Shown: positions 1 through 11,394 of the stretch, in pieces
Position numbering within the stretch: position 1 is the stretch's first letter
Layout of the letters: the number at the start of each line of letters is the position of its first letter
Source: an uncultured Actinomycetes bacterium
Lineage (GTDB): Bacteria; Actinomycetota; Acidimicrobiia; IMCC26256; JACDBD01
NCBI GenBank assembly: GCA_963737605.1
Contig: CAVTTE010000013.1
Span: 75,282-139,281, forward strand
Reading direction: 5' to 3'
Length of the DNA stretch: 64,000 nt
Made by a program: the position numbers and the translations under genes
Notes under the pieces: model-generated
What the model was told of the DNA's origin: nothing
Databases searched by the model: none
The model's input: the letters and a program-made list of their open reading frames with translations, nothing else

Positions 1-404
1 CCCTCATCGTCTCCGGCTCCGGCCACGTGCACCGACAGCGTCGAGCCCGGCGTCACGTCGACCCGCCCGCTCACCGACGCTCCGGCACCGCCAGGCCCTT
101 CCGTGTTGCGGCCCGTCGCGCCGTGGCCGCCGTCGGCGGTGATCGTCACGAAGCAGATGCCGGGCGGCACGGTCGCTGCGTCGGCCTGGAACCCGGGCGT
201 GCTCGACGAGAACAACGTCATCGGCGCCGCGCCCGCCGGAGCCGCTCCGATCACCAACGCCGCGCCGGCGACGAGACTCGTCGCCGCAACCGCACTCGCC
301 AGACGTCGCATCGTCACCCGGGTTCCGCGCCCGCCCCAGGCACCGGACACCACAGGTCGGCGCGGACGATAGAACCCGACCACGGGCGGTGCAAGCATCC
401 GCAC
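1..404 (-). CDS. Secreted glycine-rich protein, N-terminal part (runs off the window start)
   Basis: Not in the ORF track. My minus-strand translation from GTG 404 (after AGAGGGAG) or ATG 311 gives MRRLASAVAATSLVAGAALVIGAAPAGAAPMTLFSSSTPGFQADAATVPPGICFVTITADGGHGATG..., a signal peptide ending in A-G-A followed by a Gly-rich region. Confidence 0.65.
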   Translation of the reverse strand, partial: MRMLAPPVVGFYRPRRPVVSGAWGGRGTRVTMRRLASAVAATSLVAGAALVIGAAPAGAAPMTLFSSSTPGFQADAATVPPGICFVTITADGGHGATGRNTEGPGGAGASVSGRVDVTPGSTLSVHVAGAGDDE

Positions 405-595
405 GGGGGGTGGTCTCCCTCTCTTCTCCTCGAGGCGAACCCTGGCGTGAGTCGGTTGCGGGATCAGCCCGGTGCCGCGCCGTATGTTGCGGCGCCTGAG
501 CTTTCGAGACTTGACGACGGCCAGGCCTCGTGACCGGGCTCGATGGGATACGCGTCGTTGGGACCCGCCTCGGTTTCGGTCCCGTCGTCATGAAC
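405..595 (-). ncRNA. Candidate structured cis-regulatory leader RNA (unassigned family)
   Basis: Complementary segments: AGCCCGGT 466-473/ACCGGGCT 533-540; GCGCCG 477-482/CGGCGC 490-495; GGGACC 560-565/GGTCCC 578-583; TGACGACGG 512-520/CCGTCGTCA 582-590. Lies directly upstream of an RBS. Confidence 0.45.
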
Positions 596-737
596 TACAT
601 GGATCCGACCCGACAGGACCCCCGACGTGTCACCTTACAACCCCCCACCCCCCCGCATCTTCCCCCCTGCAACTGACGACACCGGACCGTCTCGCCCCGG
701 CAACGCATGAGGCGCAACGTCCCTCCGTGTTGCATGA

Positions 738-1119
738 CTACCCGACGAGTCGACCGCGCAGGCGCTGGTACTCGTCGTCGGAGAGCTTCCCTTCGCTCTT
801 CATGCGGTCGAGCTTCTCGAGCTCGTCGGCGACGCTGAAACCGACGGCGTGCCGAAGCTCGTCTTGGGCCTGCACCGGTTGCCCGCGTGCTCCGCTCCGC
901 CATGCCGGCGTGCTGCGTGATGAGGTAGATGAGCACGCCGAACCACGGCACCACGACCACGAAGATCACCCAGAAGGCCTTGACCCAGCCGCTGATGTCG
1001 TGGCGCCGGAAGACGTCGACGAACACCGTGATCACGAGCCAGAACAGGATCACCCACGCAAAGACGTACAGAACGCCCAAGAGAAAATCGCCGAACGTCC
1101 AGTCAGCGCCGAGCACCAT
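738..1119 (-). CDS. PLDc N-terminal / SHOCT domain membrane protein (one indel)
   Basis: VFVDVFRRHDISGWVKAFWVIFVVVVPWFGVLIYLI plus, after a frame change, SVADELEKLDRMKSEGKLSDDEYQRLRGRL (SHOCT). Confidence 0.8.
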
Positions 1120-1234
1120 GCCGAACCTCCCTCGAAAGACGGCCGGCGTGAGTATGGCCCGGAAAACTCGAAGACGCTACCGACCGCGCGGTCGAACGCG
1201 CGGCCCGAACCGTTGCCGCCGCGTCGCGCGCGGC

Positions 1235-2510
1235 TCAGCCGAGGACGTTGCCGACGAAATGGATCCCGAGACCCACGAGCCCGCCGACCACGGTGCCGTT
1301 GATGCGAATGAACTGGAGGTCCGGGCCGAGCAGGATCTCGAGCTTGCGTGAGGTCTCCTCGGCGTCCCAGCGGGCGAGGGTGCCGCTGACCAGGCCGGCG
1401 ATCTCGGCGTGGAAGTGCTCGCCGATGTAGCGGACCCCCACTCGACGACGTCGTCCACCTTGCCCGCGAGCAGCGGGTCACTGCCGAAGCCGCCGCCCGG
1501 CGGCGACGATCGCGTCGGTCAGGCGCGGCCGCAGCTCGGATTCGGGGTCGGCGGCCTGGGACCGCAACGCCGCCTTGGCGTCGATCCAGAGCGAGCCGAG
1601 CCATGCCGCAGCTCCGGATGATCGAGCAGCTCGAGCTTGAGCTGTTCCCCGCGGCCGGTACTCCGGTGAGTGCTCCAGCTGGTCGGCGAATTCCCTGATC
1701 CAGTCGTCAAGGCGTGATCGCAGCTCGTGGTCTTCGTCCGGTCGATCGCGTCGAAGAAGCTGCAGAGGCCGTCGAGGAGGCGGTCGAAGATGCGGCGGTC
1801 GATCGCGGTCGGGCACCCACCACGGCGACTCCTCCTCGAAGCGCGGCCGCAGGGTTTCCCGGTTCTCGTCGAGGAAGCGGCCCGCCCCGCGCAGCACGAC
1901 GTCGAGCAGTCGCTGGTGGCGACCGTCTTCGGTGGCGGGCGCAGCGCCTTGCCGGCCAGCGGCGCGAGCGGGACAGTCTCGAGGCCGCGCCGAACTTGTT
2001 CGTCCAGCGCGCCCTGGACGTCCTCGTTCGTGAAGCGTGTCCGCGAGCTCAACGGCGACGTCGGCCACGTGGCGGGCGACGACCTCGGCGTGCGCCGGGT
2101 CGGCGAGCCAGGCTCCCAGGCGCCGGCGATGTGCGCCTCGCGGAGGCGCGCGCTCATGGTGTCGGGGCTGAGGAAGTTCTCCTGGACGAACGCGCCGAGC
2201 GTTTCGCCGAACTTGTCCTTCCGCTCCACGATGACGGCCGTGTGCGGGATCGGGACACCGAGCGGGTGACGGAACACGGCGGTGACGGCGAACCAGTCCG
2301 CCACTCCGCCGACGAGGGACGCCGCCACGGCCGCCTGCACGTACCCCGTCCATCCCGGTCGTCCCCGAAGACGGTGACGACCACAAAGGCGACGGCCATG
2401 ACCACCAGCAGCCCCGTGGCGCGCCGCTTCATGGCGCGGAGTCGGTGGATGCGCTCTGCCTCTTCGCGAACAGGTGGGGCGGAGCCCGGGCGTAGTCGGG
2501 TGGATGTCGA
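1235..2510 (-). CDS. DUF445 family membrane protein (frameshifted; start approximate)
   Basis: MKRRATGLL...ASLVGGVADWFAVTAVFRHPLGVPIPHTAVI; C-terminal GPDLQFIRINGTVVGGLVG. Confidence 0.85.
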
Positions 2511-2685
2511 TGACCGGCCGTCTCGGCGTCGCCCGCCCGGGTCTGTAGCGAAGTCATAAAGCGGCGAGAACTTCCCGAACGGGCTGTCAGCGAGCGTGCC
2601 GCCGCCGAGCGACGCCGGTCCCGGGCGCGGTCTGACGTGACCCGGCCGGGCTCCGGTCAGTCGCCTCTTGAGGTCCGGCCTCCAA

Positions 2686-3538
2686 TCACCCGGGCGCCCC
2701 CGTCGTCGTCGGGCTCCCGCCCAGCAGCTCTTGGAAGTCGACGACTTCGCTCGCGGCGGGGCTTCCACGTTCACCGGTGCTCCGAGATCGAAGTACTCGA
2801 ACGCGATCGAGCCCTTCGCCTTCGATGACGCAGCCGCGACGAGGAGCCGAACCTTGCGAAGGCGCCCCTTCCCGTCGACCCACACGTCGGCGGGAATCGT
2901 CCCGGATCCGAGCGCCCCGATGCTGTTTCTGACCTCGCGGCGCCGTTCCTCGGGGGCGCTGTTCACCGCCTGCTCGGCGTCGATGGCGACTCGATACCGC
3001 GTCGTGTCTCGCGCCGTGTACTTTCTCAGCGCCGATCCGCTTCACCTCGCCCTTCGCGCCCCGGAGCGTGTCGAGGCTGCCATTCGGGTCGCTCTGGCCG
3101 ATCTCGCCCCCCCCGCCGAACATCTGCGGGTCGAGCTTCAGCCACTTCTTGCCCGCGAGATCGGGGTCGACGACGGATCGCCGCCCTCCAACGTGTCGAG
3201 GCTCAGGTACAGGACGCCGCCCACGACGAGGGTGCGCACCTTGCCGCTCCCCTGAGATCAATCACCGCCGCGGTCCACAGAGTACTGACCCGCGCGGCTC
3301 TTGAAGTCGAACGAACCGTCGAACGTGACCTTGCTTTGTCGCCTCCACCGCCGGCCGTGGTCGTCCCGCGAAATTTCGCACCGCCCGCCTTGGCGAGCTC
3401 GTCGCCGGACTTCGTGAATGCGCGTAGATCGCCGTCGGAGTCCACCGCGCCGGCCCGCCGGCAGAAACCAAGGTCACAAAGGCCGTTGCGACGACGAGGG
3501 CCGCGAAGATGAGAGAGGGTCGATGCCGGGGAGCTCAT
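2686..3538 (-). CDS. LppX/LprAFG-like lipoprotein (frameshifted)
   Basis: Fragments GKKWLKLD, DPNGSLDTLRG, IPADVWVDGKGRLRKV, FEYFDLGAPVNVEAPP. Confidence 0.7.
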
Positions 3539-3737
3539 CGGTCCGTGAACGGTAACCGCTCGGCGGCGGCTCAACTGGTCGGCGGCGACGCGTGCACCGA
3601 CGTCGACGAGTGGGGCGGCGGTCGAGACGCCGTTGACGGAGGGCGACTCCGGCTCTCTGTCTTGTCCATTCGTTCGGGAGCGGCGGTGTCGACGGGCTCT
3701 ACCGGCGCAGCAACAAGTAGCAGCTAAGTTTGCGGGC

Positions 3738-4486
3738 ATGCGCACGCTCGTCGTCACGCCGACGTACAACGAGGCCGAGAACATCGACGAGTTCCTCCGG
3801 CGGGCCCGCGCCGCCGTTCCCGACGCCGACATCCTCGTCGTCGACGACAACAGCCCCGACGGCACCGCCGAGCTCGCCGAGCAGGTCGGCCGCCGAGCTC
3901 GGGCAGATCGACGTGCTGCGCCGGCCCGGCGAAGACGGGCTCGGCGGCGCGTACCGCGCCGGGTTCGCGATCGGGCTCGAGCAGCGGCTACGACGTCGCT
4001 CGTCCAGATCGACGCCGACCTCTCCCACGACCCGGCCGTGCTCCCGACGCTGCTCGCGGCGCGATCGAGGGCGGCGCCGACGTCGTCGATCGGCTCGCGC
4101 TACGTGCCCGGCGGCTCGATCCCGCACTGGCCGTGGTTCCGGCGGGCGCTCTCGCGGTGCGGCAACCGCTACGCCGCGCTCGTGCTCGGCACGGCGGTGC
4201 AGCGACGCGACGTCCGGCTACCGCGCGTACCGGGCCGACATGCTCAAGGCGATCGACTACGCGCAGCACCGGGCGAAGGGCTACGGCTTCCAGATCGAGT
4301 CGGCGTACCGCGTGCTGGCAGTGCGGGCGGCCGATCGTCGAGGTGCCGATCGTGTTCACCGACCGGGTGCGCGGCCACTCGAAGATGACGTGGAGCGTCG
4401 TCGCCGAGGAGCTGGTGCTCGTCACGTGGTGGGGGCTGCGCGACCGGAGTTCCGGCGGCTCTGGCGCGCCGGCGGCTCAGCGGTAG
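3738..4486 (+). CDS. ppm1: Polyprenol monophosphomannose synthase, GT2 (frameshifted)
   Basis: MRTLVVTPTYNEAENI...VVDDNSPDGT...QIDADLSHDP...GSRYVPGG...GYGFQIE...EVPIVFTDRVRGHSKM. Confidence 0.85.
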
Positions 4487-5988
4487 CCGCGTCCGCTCCC
4501 CGCCGCGTCGTCCGCTTTCTCCTCGTGGTACTCCTCCTCGACGTTCACGTCCAGACGTCGTGGTGCGCGCCGAAGATGTTCTCGACCGTGAGCATCGCCG
4601 TGTACATCGAGTGGTCCTGGTTGTTGTACTGGTGCATGCCGTTGCGGCCGACCGGGATGCACGTTCGGCGCGTGTCGCTCGAGCCACTCGCGCAGCATCG
4701 CGACGTTGGCCTTGTAGTGCTCGTCGTAGAACGGGTACGCCTTCGGCATCCGCACGACGTAGCCGGCCTCGACCTTCGCCGGGTCGACGAGGCCGAGCTG
4801 CCGAGCTCGCGCTTGCCCTGCTCGATCGAGCTCCTCGTCGGGCTTGGTCCACATCTCGTCGCCTTCGACACGAAGAACTCGAGACCGAGGCACGTGCGGC
4901 CTTCCTTCACCAGGTACGGCGACCACGACCGAAGTTCTGGATGCGGCCGACCTGCACGCTCGGCGTCGTTGACGTAGATCCAGTTGTCGGGGAAGCCGTA
5001 CTCCTCGGGCACGACGAGCGCGACGGTGAGGAAGTCGCGGTAGCGCAGCTCGTCGGCCGCGGCCTGCACCTCGGTCGGGCACGGGCGGGTCCATCGCCTG
5101 CAGCAGCGCGCAGATCGGCATCGACGAGATCACGTGGTTGCACGGGTACGTCGTCGGCACGCCGTCGGTCGTCGGCGGTGACCGCGACCGCCTTGCCCGT
5201 CCTCGTGCTGGATCGTCGACGACCGCGCGAGTCTCATCACGACCTTGGTGCCCTGGGCCTCGACGAGCTCGCGGCAGCGCTCCCACATCATCCCGGGCCC
5301 GTACTTCGGGTACTGGAACTCCTCGATGAGGCACGTGATGCTTCGACTTCTGCGTTGCCACCGCTTCGGCATGAGCGCTTCGCACGACCGCGTTGAACAG
5401 CGAGAGGTTCTTGATGCGCTGCGCGGCCCAGTCGGCCTGGAGCTCGGTGACCGGCACGCCCCACACCTTCTCGTTGTACGTCTTGAAGAAGTGCTGGTAC
5501 AGGCGCCAGCCGAACCGCGACGCGATGAAGCCCTCGAGCGTCGTCTGGTCCTTCGGCGGCTGGATGCGCGCCCAGACGTACGACAGCGACGCAGCGGACC
5601 GCTTCGACGAGCCCGAGGTTCCGCAGCGCGTTCATCGCGCTTGAGCGGGTAGTCGTAGAACTTGCCCTGGTAGTAGATGCGGCTCATGCGCGGCCGGAGC
5701 AGGAAGTCCTCGGCGCCGAGGATCTCGTGCCAGAGGTCCTCGACCGGCTTGCACCTTGGTGAAGAAGCGGTGGCCGCCGATGTCGAAGCGCCAGCCGTCG
5801 CGCTCGACGGTGCGGCTGATGCCGCCGACGACGGTGTCGGCCTCGAGCACGGTCGACGTGATGCCGCCGCTTGGTCGAGCTTGTACGCGGCGGTGAGGCC
5901 GGCGGGCCCGGCGCCGATGATGACGACGTTGGGCGAGCCGCGAGTCGGTCGGCACGGCGTGGACTGGTCCGTCGAGCTCCGTCGTCAT
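4477..5988 (-). CDS. FAD-dependent oxidoreductase (UDP-galactopyranose mutase / protoporphyrinogen oxidase-like superfamily; frameshifted)
   Basis: VVIIGAGPAGLTAAY; GGISRTVERDGWRFDIGGHRFFTK; GRNGMHQYNNQDHSMYTAMLTVENI. Confidence 0.8.
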
Positions 5989-6094
5989 GCGAGGCTCCGA
6001 GCTGGCGTGTCAGGGGGGCGCGGCGCCGAGTGCGCACCCGGGGCCCGAGCACGACAGTGTACGGCCTCGGCCGGACTCCGACCCGCCGACCGGC

Positions 6095-7209
6095 CTACGG
6101 CACCCACGACGCCGAGGAAGCCAGCACGGAGTACCCCACCAGCCCGGCCGCCGACAGCACGAGCACCGCCCGGTCGACCTCGCCGGCGGTGACGATCGCC
6201 ACCCCGAGGACCAGCGGGAACGCGCTGATCGCGTAGCGCTCGAACGAGTCGAGGTTCCGCGCCGACAGGCTCACGACGAGCAGCGCCGCCGCGTAGCCGC
6301 CGTAGGACGCCGGGAGCCGCCGGAACAGGACGACGAGCAGCACGAGGAACACGGCCGCCCACAGGACGTGCAGCCCCGACCCGAAGCGGTCGCCGTGGAA
6401 GAGGTCGCCGACCCCGTCGAACGCCGCGTGAACGGGTCGACGAACCCGCCCCGGGGGCGCGTTCGTTCTGCACGCGCAGCGGGAGCCACAGGTCGCCGTA
6501 CGCGTAGCCGGACCCACAGCAGGTAGAGGCCGCCCCGACGGCGGCCGCGAGCACTGCGCCGATCCGCGCGACCCGGTCGCGCCGTCGACGCATCGCGCCA
6601 CGTCCGGGCGGCCTCGATCGCGGCCGGGACCACGAGCAGCACGCCGAGCGGGCGGGTCAGCCCGGCGAGCACGCCGAACGGCGACCGCCCAGCGCGAATC
6701 GCCGCGCCGCAGCGCGAGGAACATCGCGACCGAAGCAACATGAACGTCGCCTCGGCGTAGCCGAGGACGAGCGCGACCGCCGGCGGGAAGACGCGGCGAA
6801 CCAGGCCGCTCGCTCGGCCGAGCGCGTCGTCGCCGGTCTCGCGGCGGGCGAGCCGGTAGAGCAGCGCGCCGAACACGAGCGCGGAGCCGTTGGCGATGAT
6901 CAGCAGCGCGGCCGCGTCGTTGCCGGCGAACACGACGCCGAGCCGCGGGCGAGCAGCGGCACCAGCGGGAAGAAGCGCAGCGCCGCCGGGCGCAGCGCGC
7001 CGTAGCCGTGCTCGGCGATGTCGCGGTAGAACGCGGCGTCCCAGGCGAACAGGCCCTGGCCGAGCTGCACCGGCCGGGTCGCGCCCCCGAGGTGGTCGAC
7101 GGCGAAGCGGGTCAGCGCCAGCGAGCCGACGACGAGCACCCGGGCGAGCGCCCACGGCAGGACCGCGGCGCGCAGGTCGCGCCGGACGAACTCCCGGAGG
7201 CGTCGTCAC
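6095..7209 (-). CDS. GT-C mannosyltransferase (PIG-V-like; frameshifted)
   Basis: AWDAAFYRDIAEHGY...FFPLVP...YAEATFMLL...LAGLTRPLG...FERYAISAFPLV; multiple TM segments. Confidence 0.75.
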
Positions 7210-8773
7210 CGGGCCGGGTACTCGAACAGGGCCATGACTTCGAGAACTTGTCGTTCGCGTCGACCAGCTGCCGTACGCCGGGCCGGGCGGCGCTCGACGA
7301 ACGGCCGCGATCTGCTCGCACCGCCCTCGTTGCCGCCCGGTACTGCCCGCGACCACGTACCAGATCGTGCTGGTCGGGACCGGCCCGGTCGAGGACCCGC
7401 TGCGCGAACGCGCGGGGTCGGCGTCGGTGGCGGCGCTGCTCGTAGTCGACCCAGTCGACGAGCTCCGGCGGTCGCCCGCGGGGAACATCAGCTGCACGAG
7501 GCCGGGCTCGCCGTCGAGCAGGCGGCTCACGCCCGGCCCGAGCTGGTCGGGGCAGTACACGACGACGTCGCCGGGTTGGCGCCGGCGCGCGATGGCGACG
7601 CGGCCGTGCGCCGCCTGGGTGCGTTGTCGAGCACGTTGCGAGAGCCGCCGCCGAGGCCGAGAGCACGACGACGACGAGCACGACGGCCCGCACCCGCATG
7701 TCGCGAACCCGATGAGCCCGTACGCGAGGACCAGGACGAACAGCGGGAAGACGACCGACGCGTACCGGCCGGCGAACGTGCCGCCGGCCACGAACGCGGC
7801 GCGCCGCCGGACAGGAGCGTGGCCACCGAGATCACCGCCTCGACCCGGACGCCGGGCGGGTCCGCAGGTCGAGCTCGACGCGGTGGCGATCGACGCACGG
7901 CCGAACACCGCCAGGAGGACCAGCAGATCAGGACGACCGAGAAGCGCGAAGGCCTCGGCGTGCGTGCCGCCGGCGAAGTCGCGCAACCGAACGTGAACGA
8001 GCCGTTAGGAAGACCGCGTCGCCCCACGGTGTCCCGGTGTGCTCCTGCTGGTAGAGGAAGGTCGGCACCCACGGCAGGAACACGATGCCGCCGGCGACGA
8101 GCGCCACGAGGGCCGCCCGGGCCGCACGTCGCGATCCGCGTCGAGCCCCGCCAGGCCTGCCAGACAGCAGCGCGCCCACGACCGCGATCAGGTAGAAGGA
8201 CCAGTAGTGGGTGTACAGCAGCAGCGCGGCGAGAGCGCGGCGACCGCCTGCCGGCCGAGCGACGGTCGTTCGAGGAGCCGCCGGACCGCGAGGTACCCGA
8301 CCGTCACCAGCAGCATCACCAGCGAGTACATGCGGGCCTCGGTGCCGAAGCGGATGGCGAACGGCGACGCCGCCAGGATCAGCACCGCGACCCAGCCGCC
8401 GGTGCGGCCGGCGACGCGGCGGCCGGCGAACCACATCGGCACGAAGGTCGCCACCGAGAGGACCCCGGACAGCGAGCGCACGGCGAAGTTGGCGGTGCCG
8501 AACACGTCCGTCCACCCGTGCAGCAGGAAGTAGTAGAGAGGCGGCGCGCCGTCGTGGCGGAGCCACTCCGGGATGTCGCCGAGGGCAGGCGGGAGATGTT
8601 GACCGAGAGCGCCTCGTCGAGCCAGAGGTCGCTCAGGGTCACGAACCGCAGCACGAGCCCGCCGCGATCACGAGCACCGCCGCGGCGACGATCCACGGCG
8701 GGCGAGTCTTCTCGGCGGGGCGGCGCCGTCGGGCGGGCTGGTGGCGCCCGGGTGCCTCGGAGGCCACCTTCAT
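7206..8773 (-). CDS. GT39/PMT_2-type GT-C glycosyltransferase (frameshifted)
   Basis: LRFVTLSDLWLDEALSV...HDGAPPLYYFLLHGW...AVRSLS...EARMYSL...LLYTHYW. Confidence 0.8.
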
Positions 8774-8801
8774 CGGTCGAACGGTAACAGCCGCGACCGG
8801 A

Positions 8802-9254
8802 TCAGGCGGGTTCGTCCGCTTTCTTGAAGTCCCACCACTGGACCTCGACCATCATCGGGAGCAGGTACCGACGTAGAAGCTCGTGATCGCGAGCATCCCG
8901 TGGTCGTCGACCTCCTTGTCGATGATGTCGACGCGGTCGTCGCGCGTCCTGGAACGCCTTGGCCCGGGCGAGCATGTCGTCGAGCTCTGCCTCGGTCTCG
9001 ACCGACATGCCGAAGTGGTCGAGCCGCGGGCACGCCATCGGCGGGTCGTCGGCGATGAGGAACACGAACTGCTCGTAGCTGTACGCCGACAGGACGAGCT
9101 TCGCCGTCCTCGGTCTCGGTCGGCAGCTCCTTCCAGCCGAACACCTCGTCGTAGAAGCGCACGAGGTCGCGCCGGCCGTCCTCGTCGAGCAGCGTCGGGC
9201 GGGACGCTCATGGCCACGTGGTTGAAGCGCGGCTTGCGCGGTCGGGGTCGTCAT
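8802..9254 (-). CDS. VOC/glyoxalase-fold protein (frameshifted)
   Basis: FNHVAMSV...RFYDEVFGW...LDHFGMSV...MMVEVQWW. Confidence 0.65.
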   Translation of the reverse strand: MTTPTAQAALQPRGHERPARRCSTRTAGATSCASTTRCSAGRSCRPRPRTAKLVLSAYSYEQFVFLIADDPPMACPRLDHFGMSVETEAELDDMLARAKAFQDARRPRRHHRQGGRRPRDARDHELLRRYLLPMMVEVQWWDFKKADEPA

Positions 9255-10292
9255 CGTGCGCCTCCGTTTCCCGTCGCTCCTCGCGGGCGCGACCAGCACC
9301 TTGGCCGGGAGCTCGCCCGCGACGAGCCGTTCGACCGCGTCGAGCAGGCCGTCGAGCGGGACGTCGTCGGGCTCGATCAGCGCGTCGGCCGGGAAGCCCG
9401 GCGACGCGAGCAGCTCGAGCGCGCGCTGGAACCCGTCGGCGTCGTAGACGAACGCGCCGGTGATCACGAGCTCGTTCAGGAGGATGCGGTTGTGGTCGAA
9501 CCGGGGCCAGCTCATGCCCGCGCCGACGAGCACGAGCGTGCCGCCCCGCTTGAGCTGCGCCAGCCCCGCCTCCATCGCCGCGCGCGTGGCCCGAGCACTC
9601 GAGCACGACGTCGAAGGGCTCGTCGACGAGGTCGAACGGCATGCCGGCTTCGGCAGGTCGTCGGGCGTGACGACGGTGGCGCCGAGCTGCTCGGCGAGCG
9701 CCCGGCGGCGTCGGGTGCGGCTCGCTCACGACGATGTCGGTCGACGCCACGCGCGCGGGCGGCGGCGACGCTGAGCGCGCCGATGGGCCCGCGCCCCGGT
9801 GACGAGCACGCGCTGCCCGGCCTGCGACGCCGCCCGGCGTGAGGCCGTGCAGCGCGACCGCGAGCGGCTCGGTCAGCGCGGCGGCGCGCATCGACACGCC
9901 GTCGGGGACGCGCAGGAGCTCGTCCTCGTGGACGCGCACGAACTCGGCGAACGCGCCCTGGAACTCGCCGACGCCGGGATTGGCCCGGCCGGAGCACAGC
10001 TGCGGCCGCCCGGCCAGGCAGTACTCGCACTCGCCGCAGCGTTGCGACGGCCCGCCGACGGCCGCGTCGCCGGCCGACCACCGGGTGACCTCGTCGCCGA
10101 CCGCGACGACGCGGCCCGAGTACTCGTGCCCGCCGATCGAGCCCGGCGCGCCCCAGCCCTCGACGAAATGTGCAGGTCGCTGCCGCACACGCCGCAGTGG
10201 CTCACCTCGAGCAGCACGTCGCCGGGCCGAGCTCCGGGACCGGGCGCTCCTCGACCGCGACGTCGCCGGGCCCGGTAGACCGCGGCCCGCAT
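9251..10292 (-). CDS. Zinc-dependent alcohol dehydrogenase (MDR; frameshifted)
   Basis: MRAAVY...CGVCGSDLH...GHEYSG...CGECEYCLAGRPQLC...TEPLAVALHG. Confidence 0.9.
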
Positions 10293-10321
10293 CGTCGCCG
10301 GAAGGGCTCCGGCCGTGCTCC

Positions 10322-10337
10322 CTGACACGAATGTCAG
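10322..10337. promoter_or_regulatory. Palindromic operator CTGACA-CGAA-TGTCAG
   Basis: Perfect 6-bp-arm inverted repeat in the divergent ADH/EEP intergenic region; the same core recurs at 20701 and 57791. Confidence 0.7.
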
Positions 10338-10379
10338 AGCGTAATAGGGTCCGCGCCGGGGGGGGGAATTCGCAGATCG

Positions 10380-11390
10380 GGGCTCGTCATCGTGCTCGTC
10401 GCGCTGCGATGCTGGCATCGCGCTCGCGGCACTGGCTCGCTGACGCTCGGCGCAGCGAGCGCCTGCGAAAGAGGGACGTCGAGGTAGACCTACGGATCGT
10501 CAAATATCAACATCCTGCACGGCATCTTCTGCCCGACCGACACCGACACTTGCCAGGGCCCGACCGAATCGCGCTGTTCCTGACCCAGCTCGAGGCTGCG
10601 AAGTGCCCGCAGGTCGTCGGCCTCCAGGAGAGCGGTCAGCGGTCAGTTCGCCGGGCTGATCAAGAGGCAGCTCCCGTGGTGAGTGCAAGTACGAGATTCC
10701 GATGTCGCTCACGGAAGCCGAGCATCGACAAGGAGCTGGTGTTCACCACGCTTGCCGGCCAAGAACCCGAAGGTGGCCGTCGCTCGCCGGCGGATTCCGC
10801 AACGCGACCCGCGTGGAGCTCCAGTCGGCTCTCGGACCGCTCGTGCTCGTCGTGACGCACCAGGACGGCGATCCGGAGCCCGGCTACCCCAGCCATGCCA
10901 CCCGACCAAGTGCCCACCGGTCTGCCCCGCGGGCACCTCGTTCGCCGCGTGCCAGACGATGCTCGGCGAAGGCAATCGCCGACGACGCCGGCGGGAGAAG
11001 GCGATTCGGCTGCTCATGGGCGACTTCAACGTCCCGGCGGCGACGCCCCGCTACCAGGGCTCATCGCCGGGGCTGGGTCGACTCGCACCTCGCCGCCGGC
11101 AACGCGGAGTGCGACAATGCCACCGGCGTGGACTGCACGGGCGGGCCGGAACGACATGAACACCGACGACCTGAAGGACCCGGCCGGAAGGAATCCGAGC
11201 GCATCGACTTCATCTTCGTGAAGTCGCCGACCAACTGCCCGGTGCAGTTCGACACGCCCAGGGACCGACGCCAAGCGACGGGCTCGGCACGGGGCTCTTC
11301 GCCGACGAGCCCGCCGTCGACGGGCCGGGCGGCATCGTCTACCTCCGACCACACGGGAGTCAGCGCAGACATCTCCTGCGAAAGGGCTGA
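10380..11390 (+). CDS. Secreted endonuclease/exonuclease/phosphatase family protein (heavily frameshifted; start approximate)
   Basis: NILHG, QVVGLQE, LLMGDFNV, ERIDFIFV, SDHTGV: the EEP catalytic motifs in order. Confidence 0.7.
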
Positions 11391-11394
11391 CACC

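Noticed and set aside
3571-3669. Short minus-strand ORF MDKTESRS... upstream of the lipoprotein
   Set aside because: Too short, no motif, frame uncertain; may simply be the divergent promoter region.
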